Under the pieces are notes generated by a model that saw only the letters and a program-made list of their open reading frames with translations, was not told where the DNA came from and did not search any database. From the IMG/VR virus record IMGVR_UViG_2563366870_000003: a stretch of 48,200 nt of DNA, one strand, 5' to 3'. The position numbers were made by a program, and so were the translations under genes. Origin of the DNA: a virus. Lineage: Duplodnaviria; Heunggongvirae; Uroviricota; Caudoviricetes. Positions 33,711 to 45,558 of the stretch are shown here, in pieces; position 1 is the stretch's first letter; each line of letters begins with the position of its first letter.

Positions 33711-34106
33711 ATGACGAAAGATGAACTGATTGCCCGTCTCCGCTCGCTGGGTGAACAACTGAACCGTGATATCAGCCTGACGGGGACGAAAGAAGAACTG
33801 GCGCTCCGTGTGGCAGAACTGGAAGAAGAGCTTGATGACACGGGCGACACTGCCGGTCAGGATATCCCTCTCAGCCCGGAAAATGTGCTGACCGGACATG
33901 AAAATGAGGTTGTATCAGCGCAGCCGGATACCGTGACTGATACGGCTGATCTGGTCACGGTTGTGGCACTGGTGACGCTGCATACTGATGCACTTCACGC
34001 CACGCGGGATGAGGCTGTGGCATTTGTGCTGCCGGGAACGGCGTTCCGTGTCTCTGCCGGTGTGGCAGCTGAAATGACAGAGCGCGGCCTGGCCAGAATA
34101 CAATAA
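33711..34106 (+). CDS. FI: DNA-packaging protein FI, 131 aa
   Basis: ATG at 33711 after GGAGGAG; MTKDELIARLRSLGEQLNRD… matches lambda FI from memory. Confidence 0.9.
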   Translation: MTKDELIARLRSLGEQLNRDISLTGTKEELALRVAELEEELDDTGDTAGQDIPLSPENVLTGHENEVVSAQPDTVTDTADLVTVVALVTLHTDALHATRDEAVAFVLPGTAFRVSAGVAAEMTERGLARIQ

Positions 34107-34117
34107 CGGGAGGCGCT

Positions 34118-34471
34118 GTGGCTGATTTCGATAACCTGTTCGATGCTGCCATTGCCTGCGCCGATGAAACGATACGCGGGTACATGGGAACGTCAGCCAC
34201 CATGACATCCGGTGAGCAGTCCGGTGCTGTGATACGTGGTGTTTTTGATGACCCTGAAAATATCAGCTATGCCGGACAGGGCGTGCGCGTTGAAGGCTCC
34301 AGCCCGTCCCTGTTTGTCCGGACTGATGATGTGCGGCAGCTGCGGCGCGGCGACACGCTGACCATCGGTGAGGAAAACTTCTGGATAGACCGGATTTCGC
34401 CGGATGATGGCGGAAGCTGTCATCTCTGGCTTGGGCGGGGCGTACCGCCTGCCGTTAACCGTCGCCGCTGA
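34118..34471 (+). CDS. FII: Head-tail connector protein FII, 117 aa
   Basis: Matches lambda FII from memory. Confidence 0.95.
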   Translation: MADFDNLFDAAIACADETIRGYMGTSATMTSGEQSGAVIRGVFDDPENISYAGQGVRVEGSSPSLFVRTDDVRQLRRGDTLTIGEENFWIDRISPDDGGSCHLWLGRGVPPAVNRRR

Positions 34472-34482
34472 AAGGGGGATGT

Positions 34483-35061
34483 ATGGCCATAAAAGGTCTT
34501 GAGCAGGCCGTTGAAAACCTCAGCCGTATCAGCAGAACGGCGGTGCCCGGTGCCGCCGCAATGGCCATTAACCGCGTTGCTTCATCCGCGATATCGCAGT
34601 CGGTGGCACAGGTTGCCCGTGAGACAAAGGTACGCCGGAAACTGGTAAAGGAAAGGGCCAGGCTGAAAAGGGCCACAGTCAAAAATCCGCAGGCCAGAAT
34701 CAAAGTTAACCGGGGGGATTTGCCCGTAATCAGGCTGGGTAACGCGCGGGTTGTCCTGTCCCGACGCAGGCGTCGTAAAAAGGGGCAGCGTTCATCCCTG
34801 AAAGGTGGCGGCAGCGTGCTTGTGGTGGGAAACCGTCGTATTCCCGGCGCGTTTATTCAGCAACTGAAAAATGGCCGCTGGCATGTCATGCAGCGTGTGG
34901 CCGGGAAAAACCGTTACCCCATTGATGTGGTGAAAATTCCGATGGCGGTGCCGCTGACCACGGCGTTTAAACAGAATATTGAGCGGATACGGCGTGAGCG
35001 TCTTCCGAAAGAGCTGGGCTATGCGCTGCAGCATCAACTGAGGATGGTAATAAAGCGATGA
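34483..35061 (+). CDS. Z: Tail completion protein Z, 192 aa
   Basis: Matches lambda Z from memory. Confidence 0.95.
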   Translation: MAIKGLEQAVENLSRISRTAVPGAAAMAINRVASSAISQSVAQVARETKVRRKLVKERARLKRATVKNPQARIKVNRGDLPVIRLGNARVVLSRRRRRKKGQRSSLKGGGSVLVVGNRRIPGAFIQQLKNGRWHVMQRVAGKNRYPIDVVKIPMAVPLTTAFKQNIERIRRERLPKELGYALQHQLRMVIKR

Positions 35062-35453
35062 AACATACTGAACTCCGTGCAGCCGTACTGGATGCACTGG
35101 AAAAATATGACACCGGGGCGACGCTTTTTGATGGTCGCCCCGCTGTTTTTGATGAGGCGGATTTTCCGGCAATTGCCGTTTATCTCACCGGCGCTGAATA
35201 CACGGGCGAAGAGCTGGACAGCGATACCTGGCAGGCGGAGCTGCATATTGAAGTTTTCCTGCCTGCTCAGGTGCCGGATTCAGCGCTGGATTCGTGGATG
35301 GAGTCCCGGATTTATCCGGTGATGAGCGATATCCCGGCACTGTCAGATTTGATCACCAGTATGGTGGCCAGTGGCTATGACTACCGACGCGACGATGATG
35401 CGGGCCTGTGGAGTTCAGCCGATCTGACTTATGTCATTACCTATGAAATGTGA
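35058..35453 (+). CDS. U: Tail terminator protein U, 131 aa
   Basis: Matches lambda U from memory. Confidence 0.95.
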   Translation: MKHTELRAAVLDALEKYDTGATLFDGRPAVFDEADFPAIAVYLTGAEYTGEELDSDTWQAELHIEVFLPAQVPDSALDSWMESRIYPVMSDIPALSDLITSMVASGYDYRRDDDAGLWSSADLTYVITYEM

Positions 35454-35460
35454 GGACGAT

Positions 35461-36201
35461 ATGCCTGTACCAAATCCTACAATGCCGGTGAAAGGTGCCG
35501 GGACCACACTGTGGGTTTATAAGGGGAACGGTGACCCTTATGCGAACCCGCTTTCAGACGTGGACTGGTCGCGTCTGGCAAAAGTTAAAGACCTGACGCC
35601 CGGCGAACTGACCGCTGAGTCCTATGACGACAGCTATCTCGATGATGAAGATGCGGACTGGACTGCGACCGGGCAGGGGCAGAAATCAGCCGGAGATACC
35701 AGCTTCACGCTGGCGTGGATGCCCGGAGAACAGGGGCAGCAGGCGCTGCTGGCGTGGTTTAATGAAGGTGATACCCGTGCCTATAAAATCCGCTTCCCGA
35801 ACGGCACGGTCGATGTGTTCCGTGGCTGGGTCAGCAGTATCGGTAAAGCGGTGACGGCGAAGGAAGTGATCACCCGCACGGTGAAGGTCACCAATGTGGG
35901 ACGCCCGTCGATGGCAGAAGATCGCAGCACGGTCACAGCGGCAACCGGCATGACCGTGACGCCTGCCAGCACCTCGGTGGTGAAAGGGCAGAGCACGACG
36001 CTGACCGTGGCATTCCAGCCGGAAGGCGCAACCGACAAGAGCTTCCGTGCGGTGTCTGCGGATAAAACAAAAGCCACCGTGTCGGTCAGTGGTATGACCA
36101 TCACCGTGAACGGCGTTGCTGCAGGCAGGGTCAACATTCCGGTTGTATCCGGTAATGGTGAGTTTGCTGCGGTTGCAGAAATCACCGTCACCGCCAGTTA
36201 A
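35461..36201 (+). CDS. V: Major tail tube protein V, 246 aa
   Basis: ATG at 35461 ([22 protein letters not shown]…); C-terminal Ig-like domain. Confidence 0.95.
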   Translation: MPVPNPTMPVKGAGTTLWVYKGNGDPYANPLSDVDWSRLAKVKDLTPGELTAESYDDSYLDDEDADWTATGQGQKSAGDTSFTLAWMPGEQGQQALLAWFNEGDTRAYKIRFPNGTVDVFRGWVSSIGKAVTAKEVITRTVKVTNVGRPSMAEDRSTVTAATGMTVTPASTSVVKGQSTTLTVAFQPEGATDKSFRAVSADKTKATVSVSGMTITVNGVAAGRVNIPVVSGNGEFAAVAEITVTAS

Positions 36202-36216
36202 TCCGGAGAGTCAGCG

Positions 36217-36639
36217 ATGTTCCTGAAAACCGAATCATTTGAACATAACGGCGTGACCGTCACGCTTTCTGAACTGTCAGCCCTGCAGCGTATTGAGCAT
36301 CTTGCCCTGATGAAACGGCAGGCAGAACAGGCGGAGTCAGACAGCAACCGGCAGGTTACTGTGGAAGACGTCATCAGAACCGGTGCTTTTGTGGTGGCGA
36401 TGTCCCTGTGGCATAACCATCCGAAGAAGACGCAGATGCCGTCCATGAATGAGGCCGTTAAACAGATTGAGCAGGAAGTGCTTACCACCTGGCCCACAGA
36501 GGCAATTTCTCATGCTGAAAACGTGGTGTACCGGCTGTCCGGTATGTCTGAGTTTGTGGTGAATAATGCCCCTGAACAGGCAGAGGACGCCGGGCCTGCA
36601 GAGCCTGTTTCTGCGGGAAAGTGTTCGACGGTGAGCTGA
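36217..36639 (+). CDS. G: Tail assembly chaperone G, 140 aa
   Basis: Matches lambda G from memory. Confidence 0.95.
   Translation: MFLKTESFEHNGVTVTLSELSALQRIEHLALMKRQAEQAESDSNRQVTVEDVIRTGAFVVAMSLWHNHPKKTQMPSMNEAVKQIEQEVLTTWPTEAISHAENVVYRLSGMSEFVVNNAPEQAEDAGPAEPVSAGKCSTVS
36615..36621 (+). promoter_or_regulatory. Programmed -1 ribosomal frameshift slippery site (G GGA AAG) producing the G-T fusion
   Basis: Heptamer GGGAAAG at the G/T overlap, as in lambda. Confidence 0.8.
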
Positions 36640-37055
36640 GTTTTGCCCTGAAACTGGCGCGTGAGATGGGGCGACCCGACTGGCGCGCCATGCTTGCCGG
36701 GATGTCATCCACGGAGTATGCCGACTGGCACCGCTTTTACAGTACCCACTATTTTCATGATGTTCTGCTGGATATGCACTTTTCCGGGCTGACGTACACC
36801 GTACTCAGCCTGTTTTTCAGCGATCCGGATATGCATCCGCTGGATTTCAGTCTGCTGAACCGGCGTGAGGCTGACGAAGAGCCTGAAGATGATGTGCTGA
36901 TGCAGAAAGCGGCAGGGCTTGCCGGAGGCGTCCGCTTTGACCCGGACGGGAATGAAGTTATCCCCGCTTCCCCGGATGTGACGGGCATGACGGAGGATGA
37001 CGTAATGCTGATGACAGTATCAGAAGGGATCGCAGGAGGAGTCCGGTATGGCTGA
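36621..37055 (+). CDS. T: Tail assembly protein T (made as a G-T fusion by -1 frameshift)
   Basis: ORF in -1 frame relative to G; sequence matches lambda T from memory. Confidence 0.9.
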   Translation: MFDGELSFALKLAREMGRPDWRAMLAGMSSTEYADWHRFYSTHYFHDVLLDMHFSGLTYTVLSLFFSDPDMHPLDFSLLNRREADEEPEDDVLMQKAAGLAGGVRFDPDGNEVIPASPDVTGMTEDDVMLMTVSEGIAGGVRYG

Positions 37056-39615
37056 ACCGGTAGGCGATCTGGTCGTTGATTTAAGTCTGGATGCGGCCAG
37101 ATTTGACGAGCAGATGGCCAGAGTCAGGCGTCATTTTTCCGGTACGGAAACTGATGCGAAAAAAACAGCGGCAGTCGTTGAACAGTCGATGAACCGGCAG
37201 GCGCTGGCTGCACAGAAAGCGGGGATTTCCGTCGGGCAGTATAAAGCTGCCATGCGTATGCTGCCTGCGCAGTTCACCGACGTGGCCACGCAGCTTGCAG
37301 GCGGGCAAAGTCCGTGGCTGATCCTGCTGCAACAGGGTGGTCAGGTTAAGGACTCCTTCGGCGGGATGATCCCCATGTTCCGGGGGCTTGCCGGTGCGAT
37401 CACCCTGCCGATGGTCGGGGCCACCTCGCTGGCGGTGGCGACCGGTGCGCTGGCGTATGCCTGGTATCAGGGTAACTCAACCCTGTCCGATTTCAACAAA
37501 ACGCTGGTCCTTTCCGGTAATCAGTCGGGTCTGACGGCAGATCGTATGCTGGTCCTGTCCAGAGCCGGGCAGGCGGCAGGGCTGACGTTTAACCAGACCA
37601 GCGAGTCACTCAGTGCACTGGTTAAGGCGGGGGTAAGCGGTGAGGCTCAGATTGCGTCCATCAGCCAGAGTGTGGCGCGTTTCTCCTCTGCATCCGGCGT
37701 GGAGGTGGACAAGGTCGCTGAAGCCTTCGGGAAGCTGACCACTGACCCGACGTCGGGGCTGACGGCGATGGCGCGCCAGTTCCATAACGTGACGGCGGAG
37801 CAAATTGCGTATGTTGCTCAGTTGCAGCGTTCCGGCGATGAGGCCGGGGCATTGCAGGCAGCGAACGAGGCCGCAACGAAAGGGTTTGATGACCAGACCC
37901 GCCGCCTGAAAGAGAACATGGGCACGCTGGAGACCTGGGCAGACAGGACTGCGCGGGCATTCAAATCCATGTGGGATTCGGTGCTGGATATTGGTCGCCC
38001 GGACACAGCCCAGGAAATGCTGGAGAAAGCAGAAAAGGCTTTTGATGAGGCGGACAAAAAATGGCAGTGGTATCAGAGCCGGAGCCACCGGCGCGGTAAA
38101 ACATCCGCATTTCTTGCTAATCTCCGGGGAGCATGGGAGGACAGAGCGAATGCGCAACTTGGGCTTTCAGCCGCCACGTTGCAGGCCGATCTTGAAAAGG
38201 CCAGAGAGATGGCAGCAAAGGACTGGGCCGAGTCTGAGGCATCACGGCTGAAATATACCGAAGAGGCGCAGAAGGCTTATGAACGCCTGCAGACGCCGCT
38301 GGAGAAATATACCGCCCGTCAGGAAGAACTGAATAAGGCCCTGAAAGACGGAAAAATCCTGCAGACAGATTACAACACGCTGATGGCGGCGGCGAAAAAG
38401 GACTATGAAGCGACACTGAAAAAGCCGAAGCAGTCCGGCGTGAAGGTGTCTGCAGGAGAGCGTCAGGAAGACAGTGCTCATGCCGCCCTGCTGACGCTTC
38501 AGGCAGAACTCCGGACGCTGGAGAAGCATGCCGGAGCGAATGAGAAAATCAGCCAGCAGCGCCGGGATTTGTGGAAGGCGGAGAGTCAGTTCGCGGTACT
38601 GGAGGAAGCGGCGCAACGTCGCCAGCTGTCTGCACAGGAGAAATCCCTGCTGGCGCATAAAGATGAGACGCTGGAGTACAAACGCCAGCTGGCTGCACTT
38701 GGCGACAAGGTCACCTATCAGGAGCACCTGAACGCGCTGGCACAGCAGGCGGATAAATTCGCACAGCAGCAACGGGCAAAACGGGCCGCCATTGATGCAA
38801 AAAACCGGGGGCTGACTGACCGGCAGGCAGCGCGGGAAGCCACGGAACAGCGCCTGAAGGAACAGTATGGCGATAATTCTCTGGCGCTGAATAACGTCAT
38901 GTCAGAGCAGAAAAAGACCTGGGCGGCTGAAGACCAGCTTCGCGGGAGCTGGATGGCAGGCCTGAAGTCCGGCTGGAGTGAGTGGGAAGAGAGCGCCACG
39001 GACAGTATGTCGCAGGTAAAAAGTGCTGCCACGCAGACCTTTGATGGCATTGCACAGAATATGGCGGCGATGCTGACCGGCAGTGAGCAGAACTGGCGCA
39101 GCTTCACCCGTTCCGTGCTGTCCATGATGACAGAAATTCTGCTTAAGCAGGCAATGGTGGGGATTGTCGGAAGTATCGGCAGCGCCATTGGCGGCGGCGC
39201 ATCAGCGTCAGGCGTTACAGCCATTCAGGCAGCTGCGGCGAAATTCCATTTTGCGACCGGAGGATTTACGGGAACCGGCGGCAAATATGAGCCAGCGGGG
39301 ATTGTTCACCGTGGTGAATTTGTCTTCACGAAGGAGGCAACCAGCCGGATTGGCGTAGGAAATCTTTACCGGCTGATGCGCGGCTATGCCACCGGTGGTT
39401 ATGTCGGTGGCACCGGAGGTCCGGCGCAAATGCGGCGTTCAGAGGGTATCAGATTTGAGCAGAACAACAACGTGGTGATTCAGAACGACGGTACGAATGG
39501 TCTGCCAGGTCCACAGATGCTGAAGGCAGTGTATGACATGGCCCGCAAGGGTGCCCGTGATGAAATTCAGGCACAGATGCGCGATGGTGGTCTGTTCTCC
39601 GGAGGTGGACGATGA
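37048..39615 (+). CDS. H: Tail tape-measure protein H, 855 aa
   Basis: Matches lambda H from memory. Confidence 0.95.
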   Translation: MAEPVGDLVVDLSLDAARFDEQMARVRRHFSGTETDAKKTAAVVEQSMNRQALAAQKAGISVGQYKAAMRMLPAQFTDVATQLAGGQSPWLILLQQGGQVKDSFGGMIPMFRGLAGAITLPMVGATSLAVATGALAYAWYQGNSTLSDFNKTLVLSGNQSGLTADRMLVLSRAGQAAGLTFNQTSESLSALVKAGVSGEAQIASISQSVARFSSASGVEVDKVAEAFGKLTTDPTSGLTAMARQFHNVTAEQIAYVAQLQRSGDEAGALQAANEAATKGFDDQTRRLKENMGTLETWADRTARAFKSMWDSVLDIGRPDTAQEMLEKAEKAFDEADKKWQWYQSRSHRRGKTSAFLANLRGAWEDRANAQLGLSAATLQADLEKAREMAAKDWAESEASRLKYTEEAQKAYERLQTPLEKYTARQEELNKALKDGKILQTDYNTLMAAAKKDYEATLKKPKQSGVKVSAGERQEDSAHAALLTLQAELRTLEKHAGANEKISQQRRDLWKAESQFAVLEEAAQRRQLSAQEKSLLAHKDETLEYKRQLAALGDKVTYQEHLNALAQQADKFAQQQRAKRAAIDAKNRGLTDRQAAREATEQRLKEQYGDNSLALNNVMSEQKKTWAAEDQLRGSWMAGLKSGWSEWEESATDSMSQVKSAATQTFDGIAQNMAAMLTGSEQNWRSFTRSVLSMMTEILLKQAMVGIVGSIGSAIGGGASASGVTAIQAAAAKFHFATGGFTGTGGKYEPAGIVHRGEFVFTKEATSRIGVGNLYRLMRGYATGGYVGGTGGPAQMRRSEGIRFEQNNNVVIQNDGTNGLPGPQMLKAVYDMARKGARDEIQAQMRDGGLFSGGGR

Positions 39616-39941
39616 AGACCTTCCGCTGGAAAGTGAAACCCGGTATGGATGTGGCTTCAGCCCCTTCCGTCAGGAAAGTGCGCTTTGGTGATGGCTATTC
39701 CCAGCGAGCGCCTGCCGGGCTGAATGCCGACCTGAAAACGTACAGCGTGACGCTTTCTGTTCCCCGTTGGGAGGCCACGGCGCTGGAGTCGTTTCTGGCT
39801 GAGCACGGGGGCTGGAAAGCCTTTCTGTGGACGCCGCCTTATGAGTGGCGGCAGATAAAGGTGACCTGCGCAAAATGGTCGTCGCGGGTCAGTATGCTGC
39901 GTGTTGAGTTCAGCGCAGAGTTTGAACAGGTGGTGATCTGA
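39612..39941 (+). CDS. M: Tail tip protein M, 109 aa
   Basis: Matches lambda M from memory. Confidence 0.95.
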   Translation: MKTFRWKVKPGMDVASAPSVRKVRFGDGYSQRAPAGLNADLKTYSVTLSVPRWEATALESFLAEHGGWKAFLWTPPYEWRQIKVTCAKWSSRVSMLRVEFSAEFEQVVI

Positions 39942-40639
39942 TGCAGGATATCCGGCAGGAAACACTGAATGAATGCACCCGTGCGGAGCAGTCGGCCAGC
40001 GTGGTGCTCTGGGAAATCGATCTGACAGAGGTCGGTGGAGAACGTTATTTTTTCTGTAATGAGCAGAACGAAAAAGGTGAGCCGGTCACCTGGCAGGGGC
40101 GACAGTATCAGCCGTATCCCATTCAGGGGAGTGGTTTTGAACTGAATGGCAAAGGCACCAGTACGCGCCCCACGCTGACGGTTTCTAACCTGTACGGTAT
40201 GGTCACCGGGATGGCGGAAGATCTGCAGAGTCTGGTCGGCGGAACGGTGGTCAGGCGTAAGGTTTACGCCCGTTTTCTGGATGCGGTGAACTTCGTCAAC
40301 GGAAACAGTGACGCCGATCCGGAGCAGGAGGTGATCAGCCGCTGGCGCATTGAGCAGTGCAGCGAACTGAGCGCGGTGAGTGCCTCTTTTGTACTGTCCA
40401 CGCCGACGGAAACGGATGGTGCTGTTTTTCCGGGGCGCATCATGCTGGCCAACACCTGCACCTGGACCTATCGCGGTGATGAGTGCGGTTATAGCGGTCC
40501 GGCGGTCGCGGATGAATATGACCAGCCGACGTCCGATATCACGAAGGATAAATGCAGCAAATGCCTGAGTGGCTGTAAGTTTCGCAATAACGTCGGCAAC
40601 TTTGGCGGCTTCCTTTCCATTAACAAACTTTCGCAGTAA
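39941..40639 (+). CDS. L: Tail tip protein L, 232 aa
   Basis: Matches lambda L from memory. Confidence 0.95.
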   Translation: MQDIRQETLNECTRAEQSASVVLWEIDLTEVGGERYFFCNEQNEKGEPVTWQGRQYQPYPIQGSGFELNGKGTSTRPTLTVSNLYGMVTGMAEDLQSLVGGTVVRRKVYARFLDAVNFVNGNSDADPEQEVISRWRIEQCSELSAVSASFVLSTPTETDGAVFPGRIMLANTCTWTYRGDECGYSGPAVADEYDQPTSDITKDKCSKCLSGCKFRNNVGNFGGFLSINKLSQ

Positions 40640-40644
40640 ATCCC

Positions 40645-41388
40645 ATGACACAGACAGAATCAGCGATTCTGGCGCACGCCCGGCGATGTGCGCCAGCGGA
40701 GTCGTGCGGCTTCGTGGTAAGCACGCCGGAGGGGGAAAGATATTTCCCCTGCGTGAATATCTCCGGTGAGCCGGAGGCGTATTTCCGTATGTCGCCGGAA
40801 GACTGGCTGCAGGCAGAAATGCAGGGTGAGATTGTGGCGCTGGTCCACAGCCACCCCGGTGGTCTGCCCTGGCTGAGTGAGGCCGACCGGCGGCTGCAGG
40901 TGCAGAGTGATTTGCCGTGGTGGCTGGTCTGCCGAGGGACGATTCATAAGTTCCGCTGTGTGCCGCATCTCACCGGGCGGCGCTTTGAGCACGGGGTGAC
41001 GGACTGTTACACGCTGTTCCGGGATGCTTATCATCTGGCGGGGATTGAGATGCCGGATTTTCATCGCGAGGATGACTGGTGGCGTCACGGTCAGAATCTC
41101 TATCTGGATAATCTGGAGGCCACAGGGCTGTATCAGGTGCCGTTGTCATCAGCACAACCGGGCGATGTGCTGCTGTGCTGTTTTGGTTCATCGGTGCCGA
41201 ATCATGCCGCCATTTACTGTGGTGATGGCGAGCTGCTGCACCATATTCCTGAACAACTGAGCAAACGAGAGAGGTATACCGACAAATGGCAGCGACGCAC
41301 ACACTCCCTCTGGCGTCACCGGGCATGGCGCGCATCTGCCTTTACGGGGATTTGCAACGATTTGGCCGCCGCATCGACCTTCGTGTGA
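40645..41388 (+). CDS. K: Tail tip assembly protein K (MPN/JAMM plus NlpC/P60 domains), 247 aa
   Basis: JAMM motif …LVHSHPGG…; NlpC/P60-like Cys/His region (…VTDCYTLFRDAYHLAG…); 3' end overlaps gene I by 103 nt. Confidence 0.85.
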   Translation: MTQTESAILAHARRCAPAESCGFVVSTPEGERYFPCVNISGEPEAYFRMSPEDWLQAEMQGEIVALVHSHPGGLPWLSEADRRLQVQSDLPWWLVCRGTIHKFRCVPHLTGRRFEHGVTDCYTLFRDAYHLAGIEMPDFHREDDWWRHGQNLYLDNLEATGLYQVPLSSAQPGDVLLCCFGSSVPNHAAIYCGDGELLHHIPEQLSKRERYTDKWQRRTHSLWRHRAWRASAFTGICNDLAAASTFV

Positions 41389-41957
41389 AAACGGGGGCTG
41401 AAGCCATCCGCGCACTGGCCACACAGCTCCCGGTGTTTCGTCAGAAACTGAGCGACGGCTGGTATCAGGTACGGATTGCCGGGCGGGACGTCAGCACGTC
41501 CGGGTTAACGGCGCAGTTACATGAGACTCTGCCTGATGGCGCTGTGATTCATATTGTTCCCAGAGTCGCCGGGGCCAAGTCAGGTGGCGTATTCCAGGTT
41601 GTCCTGGGGGCTGCCGCCATTGCCGGATCATTCTTTACCGCTGGAGCCACCCTTGCAGCATGGGGGGCAGCCATTGGGGCCGGTGGTATGACCGGCATCC
41701 TGTTTTCTCTCGGTGCCAGTATGGTGCTCGGTGGTGTGGCGCAGATGCTGGCACCGAAAGCCAGAACTCCCCGTACACAGACAACGGATAACGGCAAACA
41801 GAACACCTATTTCTCCTCACTGGATAACATGGTTGCCCAGGGCAATGTTCTGCCGGTTCTGTACGGTGAAATGCGCGTGGGGTCACGCGTGGTTTCTCAG
41901 GAGATCAGCACGGCAGACGAAGGGGATGGTGGTCAGGTTGTGGTGATTGGTCGCTGA
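41286..41957 (+). CDS. I: Tail tip assembly protein I, 223 aa
   Basis: Matches lambda I from memory. Confidence 0.95.
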   Translation: MAATHTLPLASPGMARICLYGDLQRFGRRIDLRVKTGAEAIRALATQLPVFRQKLSDGWYQVRIAGRDVSTSGLTAQLHETLPDGAVIHIVPRVAGAKSGGVFQVVLGAAAIAGSFFTAGATLAAWGAAIGAGGMTGILFSLGASMVLGGVAQMLAPKARTPRTQTTDNGKQNTYFSSLDNMVAQGNVLPVLYGEMRVGSRVVSQEISTADEGDGGQVVVIGR

Positions 41958-42017
41958 TGCAAAATGTTTTATGTGAAACCGCCTCCGGGCGGTTTTATCG
42001 TTTATGGAGCATGACGA

Positions 42018-45000
42018 ATGGGTAAAGGCAGCAGTAAGGGGCATACCCCGCGCGAAGCGAAGGACAACCTGAAGTCCACGCAGCTGCTGAGTGTGATCGA
42101 TGCCATCAGCGAAGGGCCGGTTGAAGGTCCGGTGGATGGATTAAAAAGCGTGCTGCTGAACAGTACGCCGGTGCTGGACAGTGAGGGGAATATCAATATC
42201 TCCGGTGTCACGGTGGTGTTCCGGGCAGGTGAGCAGGAGCAGACTCCGCCGGAGGGGTTTGAATCCTCCGGTTCCGAGACGGTGCTGGGTACGGAAGTGA
42301 AATATGACACGCCGATCACCCGGACCATCACGTCGGCAAACATCGACCGTCTGCGCTTTACCTTCGGTGTGCAGGCACTGGTGGAAACCACCTCAAAGGG
42401 GGACCGGAATCCGTCGGAAGTCCGCCTGCTGGTTCAGATACAACGTAACGGTGGCTGGGTGACGGAAAAAGACATCACCATTAAGGGCAAAACCACCTCG
42501 CAGTATCTGGCCTCGGTGGTGGTGGGTAACCTGCCGCCGCGCCCGTTTAATATCCGGATGCGCAGGATGACGCCGGACAGCACCACAGACCAGCTGCAGA
42601 ACAAAACGCTCTGGTCGTCATACACCGAAATCATCGATGTGAAACAGTGCTACCCGAACACGGCACTGGTCGGCGTGCAGGTGGACTCGGAACAGTTCGG
42701 CAGCCAGCAGGTGAGCCGTAATTATCATTTTCGCGGGCGCATCCTGCAGGTGCCGTCGAACTATAACCCACAGACGCGGCAATACAGCGGTATCTGGGAC
42801 GGAACGTTAAAACCGGCATACAGCAACAACATGGCCTGGTGTCTGTGGGATATGCTGACCCATCCGCGCTATGGCATGGGGAAACGTCTTGGTGCGGCAG
42901 ATGTGGATAAATGGGCGCTGTATGTCATCGGTCAGTACTGCGACCAGTCGGTGCCTGACGGATTTGGCGGCACGGAGCCGCGCATCACCTGTAATGCGTA
43001 CCTGACCACACAGCGCAAGGCGTGGGATGTGCTCAGTGATTTTTGCTCGGCGATGCGCTGTATGCCGGTATGGAACGGGCAGACGCTGACATTCGTGCAG
43101 GACCGACCGTCGGATAAGGTGTGGATCTATAACCGCAGTAATGTGGTGATGCCGGATGATGGCGCGCCGTTCCGCTACAGCTTCAGCGCCCTGAAAGACC
43201 GCCATAATGCCGTTGAGGTGAACTGGATTGACCCGGATAACGGCTGGGAGACGGCGACAGAGCTTGTGGAGGACACGCAGGCCATTGCCCGTTACGGTCG
43301 TAACGTCACGAAGATGGATGCCTTTGGCTGTACCAGTCGGGGGCAGGCACACCGCGCCGGGCTGTGGCTGATTAAAACGGAGCTGCTGGAAACGCAGACC
43401 GTGGACTTCAGCGTGGGCGCAGAAGGGCTTCGTCATGTACCGGGCGATGTCATTGAAATCTGCGATGATGACTATGCGGGTATCAGCATCGGCGGGCGCG
43501 TGCTGGCGGTGAACAGCCAGGCGCGGACACTGACGCTCGACCGTGAAATCATGCTGCCATCCTCCGCCACCACGCTGATAAGCCTGGTTGACGGAAATGG
43601 CAATCCGGTCAGCGTGGAGGTCCAGTCCGTCACCGACGGCGTGAAGGTGAAAGTGAGCCGTGTTCCTGACGGCGTTGCCGAATACAGCGTGTGGGGGCTG
43701 AAGCTGCCGACGCTGCGCCAGCGCCTGTTCCGCTGTGTGAGTATCCGGGAGAACGATGACGGTACGTATGCCATCACCGCCGTGCAGCATGTACCGGAAA
43801 AAGAAGCCATCGTGGATAACGGGGCGCACTTTGACGGCGACCAGAGCGGCACGGTGAATGGTGTCACGCCGCCAGCGGTGCAGCACCTGACCGCCGAAGT
43901 CACCGCAGACAGCGGGGAATATCAGGTGCTGGCGCGATGGGACACGCCGAAGGTGGTGAAGGGCGTGAGCTTCCTGCTTCGCCTTACCGTGGCAGCGGAC
44001 GACGGCAGTGAGCGGCTGGTCAGCATGGCCCGGACGACGGAAACCACATACCGCTTCAGGCAACTGGCGCTGGGGAACTACAGGCTGACAGTCCGGGCGG
44101 TAAATGCGTGGGGGCAGCAGGGCGATCCGGCATCGGTATCGTTCCGGATTGCCGCACCGGCAGCGCCGTCGCAGATTGAGCTGACACCGGGGTATTTTCA
44201 GATAACCGCCACGCCGCATCTTGCGGTTTATGATCCGACGGTACAGTTTGAGTTCTGGTTCTCGGAAAAGCGGATTGCGGATATCAGGCAGGTTGAAACC
44301 ACAGCACGCTATCTTGGCACGGCGCTGTACTGGATAGCCGCCAGTATCAATATCAAACCGGGCCATGATTATTATTTTTACATCCGCAGTGTGAACACCG
44401 TTGGCAAATCGGCATTTGTGGAGGCTGTTGGCCAGCCGAGTGATGATGCATCCGGCTATCTGAATTTTTTCAAAGGAGAGATAGGGAAAACCCATCTGGC
44501 TCAGGAGTTGTGGACGCAGATTGATAACGGTCAGCTTGCGCCTGACCTGGCTGAAATCAGGACGTCCATTACGGGTGTCAGCAATGAAATCACGCAGACC
44601 GTCAATAAGAAACTGGAAGACCAGAGTGCAGCGATCCAGCAGATACAGAAGGTTCAGGTTGATACAAATAATAACCTGAACAGCATGTGGGCTGTGAAGC
44701 TGCAGCAGATGCAGGACGGACGCCTTTATATCGCGGGTATTGGTGCCGGTATTGAGAATACCCCTGACGGTATGCAGAGTCAGGTGCTGCTGGCGGCGGA
44801 CAGGATTGCGATGATTAATCCTGCGAATGGCAATACAAAGCCGATGTTTGTTGGTCAGGGCGATCAGATATTTATGAATGAAGTGTTCCTGAAATATCTG
44901 ACGGCTCCCACCATTACCAGCGGCGGTAATCCTCCGGCATTTTCCCTGACACCGGACGGGCGGCTGACGGCGAAAAATGCGGATATCAGCGGTAACGTGA

Positions 45001-45500
45001 ACGCGAACTCCGGGACGCTCAACAATGTCACGATTAATCAGAACTGCCGGATTCTGGGAAAACTGTCAGCCAACCAGATTGAAGGCGATATTGTTAAAAC
45101 GGTGGGAAAAGCCTTTCCGAGAAATAGCAGTTATGCCAGCGGTACAATAACGGTCACGGTGTACGATGACCAGGCTTTTGACCGTCAGATAGTAATCCCC
45201 CCCGTTCTGTTTCGCGGTGGTAAGCATGAAAACTTCAACAGCAACAACCAACAGTCATACTGGTATTCAACCTGTAAGCTGCAGGTGCTGAAGAACGGAC
45301 AGGAAATCTTTCAGCAACCCGCGACGGATGTCAGCAGGGTATTTTCATCAGTCATTGATATGCCTGCCGGACACGGCCATGTCACCCTGACTTTCAATGT
45401 TTCTTCATATGGTGCTAATAACTGGACGCCAACGACCAGTATCAGCGACCTTCTTGTTGTTGTGATGAAGAAATCTACAGCCGGTATCAGTATCAGTTGA
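42018..45500 (+). CDS. J: Central tail fibre / host-specificity protein J, 1160 aa
   Basis: Lambda J-like along most of its length; 28 aa longer than lambda J. Confidence 0.95.
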   Translation: MGKGSSKGHTPREAKDNLKSTQLLSVIDAISEGPVEGPVDGLKSVLLNSTPVLDSEGNINISGVTVVFRAGEQEQTPPEGFESSGSETVLGTEVKYDTPITRTITSANIDRLRFTFGVQALVETTSKGDRNPSEVRLLVQIQRNGGWVTEKDITIKGKTTSQYLASVVVGNLPPRPFNIRMRRMTPDSTTDQLQNKTLWSSYTEIIDVKQCYPNTALVGVQVDSEQFGSQQVSRNYHFRGRILQVPSNYNPQTRQYSGIWDGTLKPAYSNNMAWCLWDMLTHPRYGMGKRLGAADVDKWALYVIGQYCDQSVPDGFGGTEPRITCNAYLTTQRKAWDVLSDFCSAMRCMPVWNGQTLTFVQDRPSDKVWIYNRSNVVMPDDGAPFRYSFSALKDRHNAVEVNWIDPDNGWETATELVEDTQAIARYGRNVTKMDAFGCTSRGQAHRAGLWLIKTELLETQTVDFSVGAEGLRHVPGDVIEICDDDYAGISIGGRVLAVNSQARTLTLDREIMLPSSATTLISLVDGNGNPVSVEVQSVTDGVKVKVSRVPDGVAEYSVWGLKLPTLRQRLFRCVSIRENDDGTYAITAVQHVPEKEAIVDNGAHFDGDQSGTVNGVTPPAVQHLTAEVTADSGEYQVLARWDTPKVVKGVSFLLRLTVAADDGSERLVSMARTTETTYRFRQLALGNYRLTVRAVNAWGQQGDPASVSFRIAAPAAPSQIELTPGYFQITATPHLAVYDPTVQFEFWFSEKRIADIRQVETTARYLGTALYWIAASINIKPGHDYYFYIRSVNTVGKSAFVEAVGQPSDDASGYLNFFKGEIGKTHLAQELWTQIDNGQLAPDLAEIRTSITGVSNEITQTVNKKLEDQSAAIQQIQKVQVDTNNNLNSMWAVKLQQMQDGRLYIAGIGAGIENTPDGMQSQVLLAADRIAMINPANGNTKPMFVGQGDQIFMNEVFLKYLTAPTITSGGNPPAFSLTPDGRLTAKNADISGNVNANSGTLNNVTINQNCRILGKLSANQIEGDIVKTVGKAFPRNSSYASGTITVTVYDDQAFDRQIVIPPVLFRGGKHENFNSNNQQSYWYSTCKLQVLKNGQEIFQQPATDVSRVFSSVIDMPAGHGHVTLTFNVSSYGANNWTPTTSISDLLVVVMKKSTAGISIS

Positions 45501-45558
45501 ATTTTATAACCCAGATACGGGTGCCAGAAATGGCGCCTTTTTTATTTGTGGAGTGAAT

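Noticed and set aside
40645-41388. Possibility that K is shorter and the 103-nt overlap with I is an artefact
   Set aside because: No in-frame stop occurs before 41386 and the NlpC/P60-like region extends close to the end, so the full ORF is kept; the overlap is flagged, not rejected.
42807-44495. 562-aa minus-strand ORF (and other long antisense ORFs at 37606-38157, 38242-38772, 38718-39224) inside the tail genes
   Set aside because: They lie entirely antisense to H and J, which read as lambda structural genes on the plus strand; the products are Arg/Pro-rich low-complexity sequences typical of spurious ORFs opposite GC-rich genes.
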